Origin: Octopus vulgaris
Taxonomy: Eukaryota
DNA length: 64,000 nucleotides
Assembly: GCA_951406725.2 (NCBI GenBank)
Contig: OX597823.1
Coordinates: 54,126,001 to 54,190,000, forward strand
Direction: 5' to 3'
This document shows positions 31,111 to 44,222 of the stretch, one piece after another; positions within the stretch are counted from its first letter, which is position 1, and each line of letters begins with the position of its first letter. The notes beneath the pieces are model-generated. The model saw nothing but the letters and a program-made list of their open reading frames with translations, was not told the origin of the DNA and did no database searches. The translations under genes and the position numbers were made by a program.

Positions 31111-31268
31111 TCCAAGATCTCCAAGAGGATGTGGAGATAGACAAAGAACGTGTTTTACCAACAACATCACAGTTGTAACTGTGAGTTACAACTGTGATGT
31201 TACAACTGTGATGTTTGTTCGTAAAACATGTGCTTTGTCTATCTTCTTATCCTCTTGGAGATTTTGGA
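31111..31268. repeat. Foldback / long hairpin
   Basis: tccaagatctccaagaggat..aacatcacagttgtaac is mirrored by gttacaactgtgatgtt..atcctcttggagattttgga. Confidence 0.8.
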
Positions 31269-31813
31269 CGACAACGACGGCAACCACCACCACAACCACC
31301 ATCACAACCTCTTTCTCTTTCCCTCCTCTCTATCCCCTCCCATCCCTCTTGCCCATCCACTCCCCTATATCCCCTCTCCCTTCTCCCCTTCCCCTCTCCC
31401 TTCTCCCCTTCTCCTCTCCCTTCTCCCCCATCTCCCCTATCTCTCTGCCTTTCTTTAACCTCACCATCAGAACATCACTCCTCAGCTAAAATTACATTTT
31501 TAACACTCCTCCTCCTCTACCTTCAACTAACTTTTTGACCACGTAATAAATATTACATTCCCCTTACCTCATGTCATGGACGCTTCTCTCTCTTTACATC
31601 GTAGCACGTATCAATACAATTAAATACCTTAATTCCTAATTAGAATAGCCAGTGTCCCATATTGTAGTCTCTCTCTCTCAGCGCCGCTAGCTCCAACTTG
31701 CCAAGCTCCTGAATCCAACCGCTTGCTCCTAAAATCCCAACTGCTTGCCCTGACTTCCAAAATCCGACTGTCCTCTTTGACGACCGAATACCAACTGTCC
31801 CCCTATCACTACT

Positions 31814-32008
31814 CCTCAATCTGTCTCTACTGCTCATACCCTCTCCATCTGCTCTCAGCCCTAACTGCCTATCTCTATCCTCAATCTGTCTCTTAGCCTT
31901 ATACCCTCTCCATCTGCTCTCAGCCCTAACTGCCTATCTCTATCCTCAATCTGTCTCTTAGCCTTATACTCTCTCTATCTGCTCTCAGCCCTAACTGCCT
32001 ATCTCTGT
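31814..32008. repeat. 3 x 65-bp minisatellite
   Basis: Unit cctcaatctgtctc..ctgctctcagccctaactgcctatctctat starts at 31814, 31879 and 31944. Confidence 0.9.
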
Positions 32009-32294
32009 CGCGCTGCTGCTGTCATTCTCTCATGACAACTCTCAGATCCCTTACTCTATCTTTCTCACTACTTTCCTCTTCCTCGGCCCTCACATCTCTC
32101 TGACCCCCAATCGACCGCACAAGGCCAAAAGGTACCTCCAAAAAGCCATTACTCTTCCAGTAAACAAAGGGCTGTTGCTTTTCTTCCAGACGTGCAGGAG
32201 CCAATCATTCACAAAGTGGGTCAAGAAATACTGCACTAGCCAAACTATAACAATATAATATGATATAATATAATTTAAAATATAATATAATATG

Positions 32295-32379
<85 letters not shown>

Positions 32380-32382
<3 letters not shown>

Positions 32383-32725
32383 TCTTTACTCTTTTACTTG
32401 TTTCAGTCATTTGACTGCGGCCATGCTGGAGCACCGCCTTTAATCGAGCAACTCGACCCCGGGACTTATTCTTTTGTAAGCCCAGTACTTATTCTATCGG
32501 TTGTCAAGCAATGCTAGGGGGACAAACACAGACACACAAACACACACATGCATAGATATATATATACATATATACGACGGGCTTCTTTTCAGTTTCCGTC
32601 TACCAAATCCACTCACAAGGTTTTGGTCGGTCCGAGACACTTGCCCAAGGTGCCACGCAGTGGGACTGAACCCGGAACCATGTGGTTGGTAAACAAGCTA
32701 CTTACCACACAGCCACTCCTGCGCC
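32380..32725 (-). mobile_element. tRNA-derived SINE, near full length
   Basis: Minus-strand head aggcgcaggagtggctgtgtggtaag (A-box-like) ..ggttccgggttcagtccc (B-box-like); tail ..gactgaaacaagtaaaagagtaaag. Confidence 0.8.
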
Positions 32726-33160
32726 TATATATATATATATATATATATATACATACATATATATATGTGTGCGTGTGAGTGTTTGTCCCCTACCACCACT
32801 TGGAAACTAGTGTTGGTTTGTTTACGTCCCTGTAACTTAGTGGCTTGGCAAAAATCCCCCATAGAATGAGTACCAGGCTTTAAAATAAGTTTAGAGCTCA
32901 ATTCGTTTGACTAAACCTTCCAAGGTTGCGCTTCAGCATGGCCGCAGTTCAAAGACAAACAAGTGAAAAATGATATATACATACATGTATGTATGTGTAT
33001 GTATGTATGTATGTGTATATATATATATATATATATAGGGCTTTTTTCCACCATTTATTATGGAGAAGCTCAATACCTTTTATACTGAGTATCCTCAAAA
33101 GTAAATGTTTTATTATTCTTAAACTTACTGCAAAATAATACGTGAGTTTATGCATGTATA

Positions 33161-33302
33161 GGTAGAGGTAAAGAATACGCCACCACCCGTTTTCGGCATA
33201 ACCCTAACTCTAAGCCTAAGCCTAAACCTAACTTTAACTCTTACCCTAACCATAAACTTAAACGCCGAAAATGGGTGGTGTGCGTATTTTTTTACCTTTG
33301 CC
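33161..33302. mobile_element. Tiny MITE: about 35-bp TIRs around degenerate CCCTAA repeats
   Basis: aggtaaagaatacgccaccacccgttttcggc / gccgaaaatgggtggtgtgcgtattttttacct. Confidence 0.75.
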
Positions 33303-33469
33303 TCTGTATATATGTATGTATGTATGTATGTATGTGTAATATGTATGTGACCTCATTTTGTCTCACTACAACTCACACCACCCTTCTCTCTTTTTCATCG
33401 CCACCCAATAGGTTTTTGTTTACTTATGTGTCTATCTATATGCCCACCTCACCCTTTTCCTCCCTCCCC

Positions 33470-33555
<86 letters not shown>

Positions 33556-33572
33556 TTTTCTGTCTGTCTATA

Positions 33573-33614
<42 letters not shown>

Positions 33615-33631
33615 AATTATTGTATACAGTG

Positions 33632-33725
<94 letters not shown>

Positions 33726-33738
33726 TTTTCTGTCTGTC

Positions 33739-33806
<68 letters not shown>

Positions 33807-33823
33807 AAGTATTGTATACAGTG

Positions 33824-33899
<76 letters not shown>

Positions 33900-34156
33900 G
33901 TCTGTCTATCTGTTTGTCTGTCCGCCTGTCTGTCTGTCTGTCTGTCAGTCTATCTGTTTGTCTGTCCGTCTGTCTGTCTGTCTCTTTATGTGTCTTGTTA
34001 TGTTTCTGCTTCTCAATATTATATTTCTTTAGAAAATGTCAATGTCAATGGTTATGCTTTATCAACCAACACACCCTCTTCTATTGTAGCCCCCGTCGCC
34101 ATTTCATAACCACTACCATAACCATCTCCACCACCTCCGCCAAAGCATTCTCTACC

Positions 34157-34187
<31 letters not shown>

Positions 34188-34827
34188 TCAACACCCCACT
34201 GGCTGCCACCATTACCACCACTACCGCCGCCATTTCATAACCCCTACCATAACCATCTCCACCACCTCCGCCAAAGCATTCTCTACCACCAACACCACCA
34301 ACACCACCACCACCACCACCACCACCACCAAATCCTCCCGGCCACCACCATTTACAAAACATGTAAGAGTTGAAAGGAGAAAGTAAAAAATAAATAAAAA
34401 AAATCGGATAAAAAACAAAAATCACATATTATCTTAAAAGACAGTAGAATATATTTAGCAAGTCCCATTGTAAAACACGAAGCATAGTGAAGTTATTCAA
34501 GTATTATAGATTATCAAAGTGATAAGATATACGGAGTGAATAAAACTGTAAGAAGCAGACGATAATAAGGAAGACGACGGACGAGATAGGAAAAAAAACT
34601 GGAAGGAAATAAACAATATATAGGAGTTTAAAAATATGATACACATATAAACAGTAAGTGCATCTTATTCTTTTAAATCCCATGAGAACAGTAGTTTCTG
34701 TATAATTCCTTCATTGCTCGTATATAGATTTAATTAAATGTATCTTATAATTCTTGAGATCAAATCGTGGTTTACCGCCTATACTTGTAGATCATTTAAT
34801 TTTAATGCATACACACACACACGCACC

Positions 34828-34897
34828 ATGTATGTATGTATGTATGTATGTATTTATATAGATCGATATATACATACATATATACATATAAATATAT

Positions 34898-34950
<53 letters not shown>

Positions 34951-35013
34951 CACACACATATACATACACGTATATGTAATACATACGCACATATGTATAT
35001 GTATATATATATA

Positions 35014-35067
<54 letters not shown>

Positions 35068-35108
35068 TATACATACACATATATGTAATACATACGTACA
35101 TATGTATA

Positions 35109-35162
<54 letters not shown>

Positions 35163-35280
35163 CATACACACACATATACATACACATATATGTAATACAT
35201 ACGTACATATATATATGTGTTATATATATATATATATATATATATACATACACACACATATACATACACATACTATACAT

Positions 35281-35341
<61 letters not shown>

Positions 35342-35373
35342 TATACATACACATATATGTAATACATACGTAC

Positions 35374-35421
<48 letters not shown>
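34828..35421. repeat. Compound (TA)n/(CATA)n satellite with higher-order repetition
   Basis: Recurring unit catacacacacatatacatacacatatatgtaatacatacg separated by (TA)n. Confidence 0.85.
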
Positions 35422-35423
<2 letters not shown>

Positions 35424-35537
35424 GAATAGATACGCTGCGTAAGTGCTATAATTGGTCATCCATTAGGTTCCAAGTTTACAGCCGAGGCTGGAGCTAAGGA
35501 TCCGTAGTAGGCTTCTGATTTAACAGGTATTTATTAG

Positions 35538-35904
35538 ATGAAAAAGGGGCAACAAAAACCAAGGTAGGACAAGTATCTCAAGTCATTTAGAATATTTAAT
35601 TAGAGTAAGGTGAATGTGAGGTAATTAATTAGTTTCTGGGATATCCCAAGTGATAGGTTAGCATCTCTATACACTGGGTATACCGTCATCAGAGACAAGG
35701 TGTGTATATATGAAAATTCTAGACAGGGAATTCAGTTTATAAATAGTAGATAGTAAATAGAAGAATAAAGAGTAAAACAGTAAATAGTACAATAGTAGAT
35801 AGAAGAATAAAGAGTAAAACAGTAAATTTCTTTACTCTAATTAAATATTCCAAATGACTTGAGATACTCGTCCTGACTTGGTTTTTGTTGTCTTTTTCTC
35901 TCAT
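35538..35904. repeat. About 70-bp inverted repeat pair (35538-35608 / 35832-35904), PLE-tail-like
   Basis: caacaaaaaccaag..ggacRagtatctcaagtcatttRgaatatttaattagagtaa on both strands. Confidence 0.75.
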
Positions 35905-36041
35905 TTATATAAATATATATATATAAATTTAAAAAAAAACACCTTTTATCAATTCAATAATGAAAAATTAAATTATACAATCTAGAAAATTACACATAGA
36001 AAGATTAAACATAAAACGATTATTATTATTATTATTATTAC

Positions 36042-36099
<58 letters not shown>

Positions 36100-36128
36100 G
36101 TTATTGTTATTGTTGTTGTTGTTGTTGT

Positions 36129-36163
<35 letters not shown>

Positions 36164-36544
36164 CTACACAAGTGTGCCCTACTCTGATTTTGTTTCTTCC
36201 TATATCAGAAAAATGGATATTTTTCAATGAAATTTTTTGCAAATACCTTTCAAATAAAGTAGATTGTGACTATATTGGAATCTACTGTGGAAAAAAAAAT
36301 TGTACAATGCTACCTTAGATTTTGGATTTCTTGCTAACGAAAATCGTGAAGTATGACCATTAATTGTAGGATGCAGTCCATAATTTCATCCTTATGGAAA
36401 CTCGGATTAATCTAAACAATTTAAAGACAATTCTTTCTTACTAACCAAAACACCGAGAACTTGAAAAACTATAATTAAGATACATACATATAAACATACA
36501 CACACACACACATACATACATACATACATACATACATACATACA

Positions 36545-36576
<32 letters not shown>

Positions 36577-36987
36577 ATACATACATACATACATACATAC
36601 CTACATACAGACAGATATCCACATATACACATACATATGCACATTCACACATATGTATACATACATAACATACATACACACATTCGTACATACATATATA
36701 CATACATACATACATACATAAACATACACACATACACATGCATATATATATAAATATACATACATATATATATACACACACATATGTATATAATTTCATA
36801 CATACATACATGCATATATACATACATGCATGCATGCATGGATACACGCATACTTATATACATATATGTGTGTATGTGTCGCTATAATCATGAAGTGTGA
36901 GGTGGAATTTTTCACTGAATATTTGTTTGCGCACATTTTCGCGTGTCACAAGGAGTATCTGCTTGTCTATCAGTCTCTCTGCCTGCA

Positions 36988-37071
<84 letters not shown>

Positions 37072-37074
<3 letters not shown>

Positions 37075-37235
37075 TTTTTGTTCTTTTCTTCCCTTTTACG
37101 ATCCCTCTTGATCGAAAACCTACGCCACCCCCTTTTTTTTTCTTTTGTTTTTTGTTTTTTTCATCCCCCAAAAGAAAAGCTCTACCTTGTAACTTGTCCC
37201 ATCTGTGTGCAGCCCTGTGTGGCTAATAAAGAAAC
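37072..37235 (+). mobile_element. Short 3'-end-only copy of the Tx1 LINE
   Basis: Similar to 39720-39857; ends gcagccctgtgtggctaataaagaaac; flanked by TCTA repeats. Confidence 0.85.
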
Positions 37236-37245
37236 TTATCTATCT

Positions 37246-39857
37246 TGCTCGAGCCCAGCAAGATGTGCGAGACATTTCAGCGGTACTTTGCCCGACTGTA
37301 CGGGACGAGTGGCGAGCGTGAACGCAGGGTGAACTTCAGTGCTTACCTGCACAGCCTACCACAACTCTCGGCAAGAGAGGCAGAGTGCTGCGAAGGTGCC
37401 ATCACGGCGGCGGATGTGCGGGACGCGATGGCAGAATGCCCGAGGGACAAATCGCTGGGTTTGGATGGTCTGCCCTACGAGTTTTACAATTGTATGCCAG
37501 ACTTGTTTGGAGACGTCTTGGCAGCGGTATACTGCAACTGGCAGCAAAACGGGAGCATACCCGGTTTTGTGAGTCGAGGAGCCGTAACGCTGCTGAAGAA
37601 AGATCCAAACAAGGAGAACATTTCAATGCAGACCTGAAAATTTTGATAAAGGTGTTAGCCAAGAGGTTGGCGCTTGTCATCGAGAAACTGGTCGACAACG
37701 CACAAACGTGCGCCGTGCCGGGCCGGAGCATCCATGACAACCTACATCTGATGCGCTACATCATAGACAGAGTAGTTAAGGAACCTGGCATGGGTGGGGC
37801 CCTGATCAACTTGGATCAATCGAAAGCCTTCGATAGGGTAGACCATCGATACTTGGAGCCAGTCCTGAGAGCGGCTGGTTTCGGTCCCGTCTTCCGCGGC
37901 TGGATAGCTGCTTTGTACAGAGGCATCCGTTCGGTAATTCGCGTAAATGGACATCTATCGAGACCTTCCGACATTGCACGTTCGGTCCATCAGGGATGCC
38001 CCCTCTCGGCGCTTCTATACATATTGATTCTTGAGTCACTACTGCGGAAGCTGGCGACTTTGAGGGGCATCCCGTGAGAATTGGGATGCAGGACGAGCAT
38101 GTCTGCATACGCGGACGACGTCACCGTCATAGTGTCAAGCCACGAGCACATCGAGCTGATCGGCGAGACACTGAAAGACTACGAAGCGGTGACAGGAGCA
38201 AAAATCAACCGGGAACAGTCAGTGGGCTTGCGGCTCGGCACCTGGAGACGCAAGCCCATGCCGTCCACCAGTACCTCCGTCGTGGGACGCTGGACGGACG
38301 GCCCGGTTGAGTTGCTCGGGGTCTGGTTCGGTCCGGACCTCCAAATGGAGAAGAACTGGAACGAGATAACGAGTAGGGTGGTCACTCTCGCCCGGCAATG
38401 GGCCGAGAGGAAAATGTCCCTAAAAGGTCGGGCGGAGGTGGCGAACACGTACATCGCGTCCATCATCTACTACCGCCTGACCGTCGTACCTTGTCCCGAC
38501 TCTACCATCACCAAACTAGAACGCATTCTCTTCCGCTTCTTGTGGAAAGGATGCGTCCCGATGGTCAGGCGATCCATTTGCTGTCAACACCCGTTAAAAG
38601 GAGGGCAGGGCATGCTGTGGTTGATGATGCGCAGACACGCGCTGAGACTGCGACATCTCCGGCTCTATGTAGACGACGGTGAACAGGTGTGGTCGCCGTT
38701 TGTGAGGCACGCGTTCCCGCAGCTCGTCTCCATGACCGAACTGCAGTCGTGGATCAAAAAGAGGCCGAGGAAGGGCGAATGGCACCGCGAGTGTCGCGTT
38801 GCTCTCAAGCAATTCTGCCGTCCCGGGTCAACTTGAGTGACTTCAACATAACCAAAGCATTCTATAAGGGATTAGTGGAGGGGAGGTACGATGACGATCT
38901 TGGGGCAAACCTGGGCGTCGACGAGGAATACCTGACCCGCCTGTTTGAAACGACTTTCGGGCCGGGACCTATGGACAACTTCCAGAGATCCCTGGCCTGG
39001 CGGTGCTACTGAGAAGCGCTACCCGTTCGGGATAAGCTCTATAGGCATGGCTCGAGAAACACGGGGTCGACCTGCCCGAGATGCGGGCAGAGCGACGAAA
39101 CCGCTCTGCACGCAATCGTGCAGTGTCCAGCAATTTCCGACCTGTGGGCTTATGTCGAACGACTGCTGTCACGTGTGGGACGTGTCGGTTTATCAGCCGA
39201 GTCTATCGTTAATATCGTCACGCCTCCTTCCTTCAAACGGGAAGGAAGAGCTATTTTGATCATACTTGTGGCTATGGCGAAAGAATGTATCTGGTGGACG
39301 CGCCTGAAAGGATTAGAGACAAACACTTTCCTCTCTGGTCAATCTCTCATCAACTTCTTCAAGTATCACTTGAAGAGGAAAGTGAGAGTAGAGAGGCAAG
39401 TTTTGTCTAGTGAATGTTTTAAAAAAAGATGGGTGAATGTAGCAAGGATGACACGTATGAATGACGAAGCCACCTTGACTATGATTCTATGAACCGTAAA
39501 AATTAATACAGAGAGTTGCTTATTTGCAAAAAAAAAAAAAAAGAAATATAACATGTGACTTCATTGACCGAGGTTACCGTGGTCTTTTCCGTAGGCTTTT
39601 CTTTCCACGGGTAAACCTCACCTGTTCTCCCCTTTACACTTCATATTGACATTTCTGTGATAACGATCCCTATTGATCAATTCCCCCTCCTTTTTTTATA
39701 TTTTAAAATTTTATTCCCCCCTTTTTTGTCCTCTTTCTTTCCCTTTACGATCCCTTTTGATCGAAAACCAAACCCCCCTTTTTTTACCCCCAAAAGAAAA
39801 GCTCTACCTTGTAATTTGTCCTGTCTGTGTGCAGCCCTGTGTGGCTAATAAAGAAAC
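37246..39857 (+). mobile_element. 5'-truncated Tx1-clade LINE (RT, C-terminal zinc knuckle, 3' UTR) with few disruptions
   Basis: KSLGLDGLPYEFY, QTCAVPGRSIHDNL, LDQSKAFDRVDH, SVHQGCPLSALLY, SAYADDVT, CPRCGQSDETALHAIVQC; followed by (TCTA)n. Confidence 0.92.
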
Positions 39858-39858
39858 A

Positions 39859-39924
<66 letters not shown>

Positions 39925-40029
39925 CCATCTACCTATCTGTCTGTCTGCATGTCTATCTGTTTGTATGTCTATGTATGTATATATTTATCTTTAATTCCTT
40001 TTCTATAACTGAGGCCATGCTAGAGCACC

Positions 40030-41133
40030 GCTTCTCAGTGTAACTGGGTTTCTTTTCTGTACCGTTTCTGGAGAAATAGCGAGTCGGACGGACTTGCTTG
40101 TTGTGCCTCCTACTGTGACGTGGTATCTAGTATCACAGATAAAAATTTGTCCAGATGCTCTTTGAGGACCTTCATATTTACACTTCACAAATTTCCAAGA
40201 CAGTTTGGCAGAATGTTGAATAGTTGTGAACCCTTGAAATCCAAGTTGTTGCAGTACTGGGTCCTTATTCGAGATGGAGAAGACAAAATCTTTGGTACTT
40301 TGTAGTGCCATCCAGTTTAGTGTTTGGTATAGCTTTTATTTTCATAGTTGGAAGCTAAACCTTCCAGGATATTTCATTTGTATATCACTGCATATCTTTC
40401 AACCCTTCTCTCTACGAAGTAGAGTTTCAGTTCCTTCAGCCTCTCTCAGTAGCTAATCTATTTCACCGAATCACTATTATTTGTGTTGTGGCACTGGATT
40501 GCCTCAAGTTCCACCACCAGTTTAACACTGTATGGTAACCACAGTTGGGTGCAGTAATTCAGACAACTAAGAACAAAAGTTCTCCGTGGGTGTTGCATAG
40601 TATCCTTTTTTTTCTGGTTCTCAATGATCTTAGAATCCATCCAACTACTCACTTGTACAGTATTGCACAATTGGTAGTATGCACATGGAATGTTGCATCA
40701 TTACTCGTGTGAATTCCCAGGTCACACACCGACTCTGACTCTGGGATTGTACTACCCCCAAGTCCTGTGTATTCCAATTGTAGTCTGTTCATGGGCCGAT
40801 AGAAGAGTGCTTGAAACTTCTCAGTATTGAACTGCATGTCATCTTCATCAGCCCATTTTAAATTGCATTTTGTTGTTTTGTAGCTTCAGTATGTCATCAG
40901 GGTCCTTGATCACCGGTGATACTTTTGCATCATCAGCATAGCTGGTGAGAGTGGCTGACTGAATGGCTGAGGGCATATCTGATAGAGCCACCACAAAGAG
41001 TAGTGGTTCTAGTACAATTCCTTGAGAAACTCCACTGAGAATTGCTGAATCTCTAGAGACAGCAAAATTGGCTGCATCTGCCTGACTTCTGCTTTTTAAA
41101 ATGTCATGCAGCCACTCTCCTAGCGTTCCAGTG
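40030..41133 (-). mobile_element. CR1-clade LINE RT/3' fragment, degenerate
   Basis: SGVSQGIVLEPLLF, SYADDAKV, MQFNTEKFQ, VCDLGI, LNYCTQLW.P. Confidence 0.8.
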
Positions 41134-41795
41134 AATTACAAACGGGAAATTCCTTATATGTCTATATAATCTTTGTAATACCTAGCAGCAAAAGAAACAC
41201 ATGTAATGGAGAATAAATAACTCCAAAATATTTCCATATTTCTCAATTTTAATGTGTGTTTCAATTTACATACAACAATAACAGTGGATACGTAATGATT
41301 ATAATAATGAAATAAGATATTTCAAGAGGAAACAGCTGGGATTTACCTTAACTACCTATGTAATATGTATGTATGTAATGTATGTATGTAATGTATGTAT
41401 GTATGTATGTATGTGTGTATGTATGTATGTATGTATGTATGTATGTATGTATGTATGTATGTATGTATGTATGTATGTATGTATGTATGTATGTATGTAT
41501 GTATGTATGCATGCATGCATGCATATATGTATGTATGTACGTATGTATGTATGCATGTATGTATGCATGTATGTATGTAAGTATTTACATGTGTATGTAT
41601 GTATGTATGTATGTATGTTCTCTTCAGCTTTTGATTATTTGAATTTTTCCTTTAAAGAAGTTTCTGATTTCTAACAAAGATACAAAGCTCCATCGTTGGA
41701 ATGTAGATAGCAAAAACAACGTTATATTTTAAATTTAAGAACAGACTTGCATATTTTTATTGTTCCACTTACAGAATGTATTTGTAATCTGCAAG

Positions 41796-41837
<42 letters not shown>

Positions 41838-42399
41838 AATAGTAAATAAATATATGCATATATGCATATATACATACATATATGTACATACCTACATATG
41901 TATACATACATGCATATATGGGTATATGGGTAAAGGACATCAAAAAACGTTAAACACAATGAGAAACGAAAACATAAAAACAAAAATATAGAAACAAACT
42001 TTTTTCGAACAACGAAAAAAAAAATAACCCAGAGAAACTAGACATACAACATAAAGAATATTCCCATATACATCGAGGTCTCATCTGATAATTAGCCTGA
42101 TTGCATTATCCTGCACTTTTCAGTGTTAGTAGTTATGGAAAATGTATGGCACATAACTGCCAACTCTGAAGAGTGCAGGGTTACATAATTGGACTGTTGT
42201 CTAACATCCCTAATACGAAACCGATTGATAAGATCGGCCGTAGTAGATATATATTACTGTACACTTTGATCAATACACCCACTCTTTTGGGAAATATACG
42301 AGCGCATATGGGCTTATCCGAGCATAAATGCTTCAATAGGAAAGCACACAACATTGTGCTAGCCTGGTACGCGATGATGTCTGTCTTTCTGTATTTTTT

Positions 42400-42479
42400 T
42401 CCCCTGACGAAGGAGGTATTATCTTGATGCACCCTAGTGCTTTAAACATAATAATACACCCCTGAAATGGCCATAGGGA
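42400..42479 (+). ncRNA. Type-I hammerhead ribozyme motif with canonical core
   Basis: tccc-CUGACGA-aggaggtattat..ataatacacccct-GAAA-tggcca-UA-ggga: helix I tccc/ggga, long helix II, palindromic AUGGCCAU, AUA triplet. Confidence 0.6.
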
Positions 42480-42606
42480 TTAAGTAAATATGGTTTCCTC
42501 TTTTTTAACTATAAGGCTTCTCTTACTTGAATAATTTTATAAGATTTCTAAACGATGAACTTTTATTTTATTTACATGATATATATTATATATTTTTTAT
42601 ATGCTT

Positions 42607-42662
<56 letters not shown>

Positions 42663-43022
42663 TTTTATATACCTATATATTTTTATATATTACTTTATAT
42701 TATATTTTTACTTTCTAGATGTTGTAATGTTTTTTAAAAAAATGTATTTTTCTGAATCGCTAAAGTATTAACTCTAAGCCGTGATGAAATTTTTTTCTCG
42801 CACCTTATTATATGCTTATTGCTTGTACAGATGAATTATGTTCCATCTTGCGGGATGTTTAAATGTATATTCTATGATTAAATGCTCGAATTATGAAATG
42901 TTATGCGGATGACCTTGCATTTGTTTGTTCTTTAACCTTAGTTTGATATATTTGTCTCTTTCAATAGAGCACTTCTATAGCAGTCCTATTAATCTTTTTG
43001 TTCCTGACAAGAAACAATCACT

Positions 43023-43072
<50 letters not shown>

Positions 43073-43789
43073 CGTATAAAAGTCTTTATAATGTATACAC
43101 TGTTATATATATTTTCTTTCTGCTGTTGCAGTTGTTCTCCACGACATGTTGACTTTTTTTGTTATGTTTCTCAAAAAGGAATTTGAAGTTAAATCTTTTC
43201 CCCTTCACCTCTTTTTCTTCCTTGTTCCGGAAAGTAACACCTGTTTCTGTTGCTCCTCCTCCTCCTACTACTACTACTACCACCACCACATCACCTCCAC
43301 CCCCACCACCACCATCTTCACCCGTTAAGTAGTGACTATATGTTGAACATCGATATTATAAAGGAAATTCTTTAGTTACTTTGATGTCTAACTTTAATTT
43401 TACTTTGATGATCAGCTTTGCGTGAGTAGACTTATGAACAAAAGCATTCCGGCTGTAACCATCCTGTTTTCTTTTTATCGAGCATAATGTATTTGGGATT
43501 ACATTGTCCAACGTAACCTTTCTTCTAAAAGACGATGGGGGTATGATTTGAAAGAGAGATTTGATTGCTGCTTCTAGCCAGTCGAGCGACTACGTACAGG
43601 CTCCTTCATGTGAATGTTGTTACCCCAAGCATTCCTATTCAGGCCGACTTATTTTCAAAGGTGTTCTTTAAGAAAGTAGTGTATGATTTGAGGAAAATTT
43701 GGCTCTTCCTATCAAGTTGAGCCTCTACTTCAAGGCCCTCTCATTGAATCACTATCATACACCATGACAACTTTGGCACAGATTTCATT

Positions 43790-43918
43790 TATCCAGGCAA
43801 TGTAGTTCCTGGTTCAGCTCTGATATATGGCACCTTGGGCAAGTGTTTTCTACTATAGTCTTGAGCCGACCAAAACTTTGTGAGTGGGTTTGGTAGACCA
43901 AACGGAAAAAAAAACTCG

Positions 43919-44009
<91 letters not shown>

Positions 44010-44222
44010 TGTACGCGTATCTTTGTATTTATCCATACCAACACTTGACAACCGGCATAGTTTTGTTTGCGCTCCCGTCACTTAGCGGTTCGGCACAGAA
44101 AAAAGATAGAATAAGTACCAATTTTTAAATATATAAGTACTGTGCTCGATTCGTTCGATTAAAAACACTTCAAGGCGGTTGCTCAACATGATTTCAGTCC
44201 AATGACTGAAACAAGTAAAAGA
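43790..44222 (+). mobile_element. tRNA-derived SINE with internal (TG)n(AG)n
   Basis: caccttgggcaagtg..ttctactatag..gtgagtgg.tttggtagac; tail aatgactgaaacaagtaaaa. Confidence 0.75.

Noticed and set aside
31814-32008. Possible CRISPR-like array (also 4572-4653 and 22451-22650)
   Set aside because: Head-to-tail tandem repeats without unique spacers; eukaryotic context; no cas genes
31572-32252. Possible solo LTR (TGT..ACA)
   Set aside because: No TSD, PBS or PPT found; boundaries uncertain
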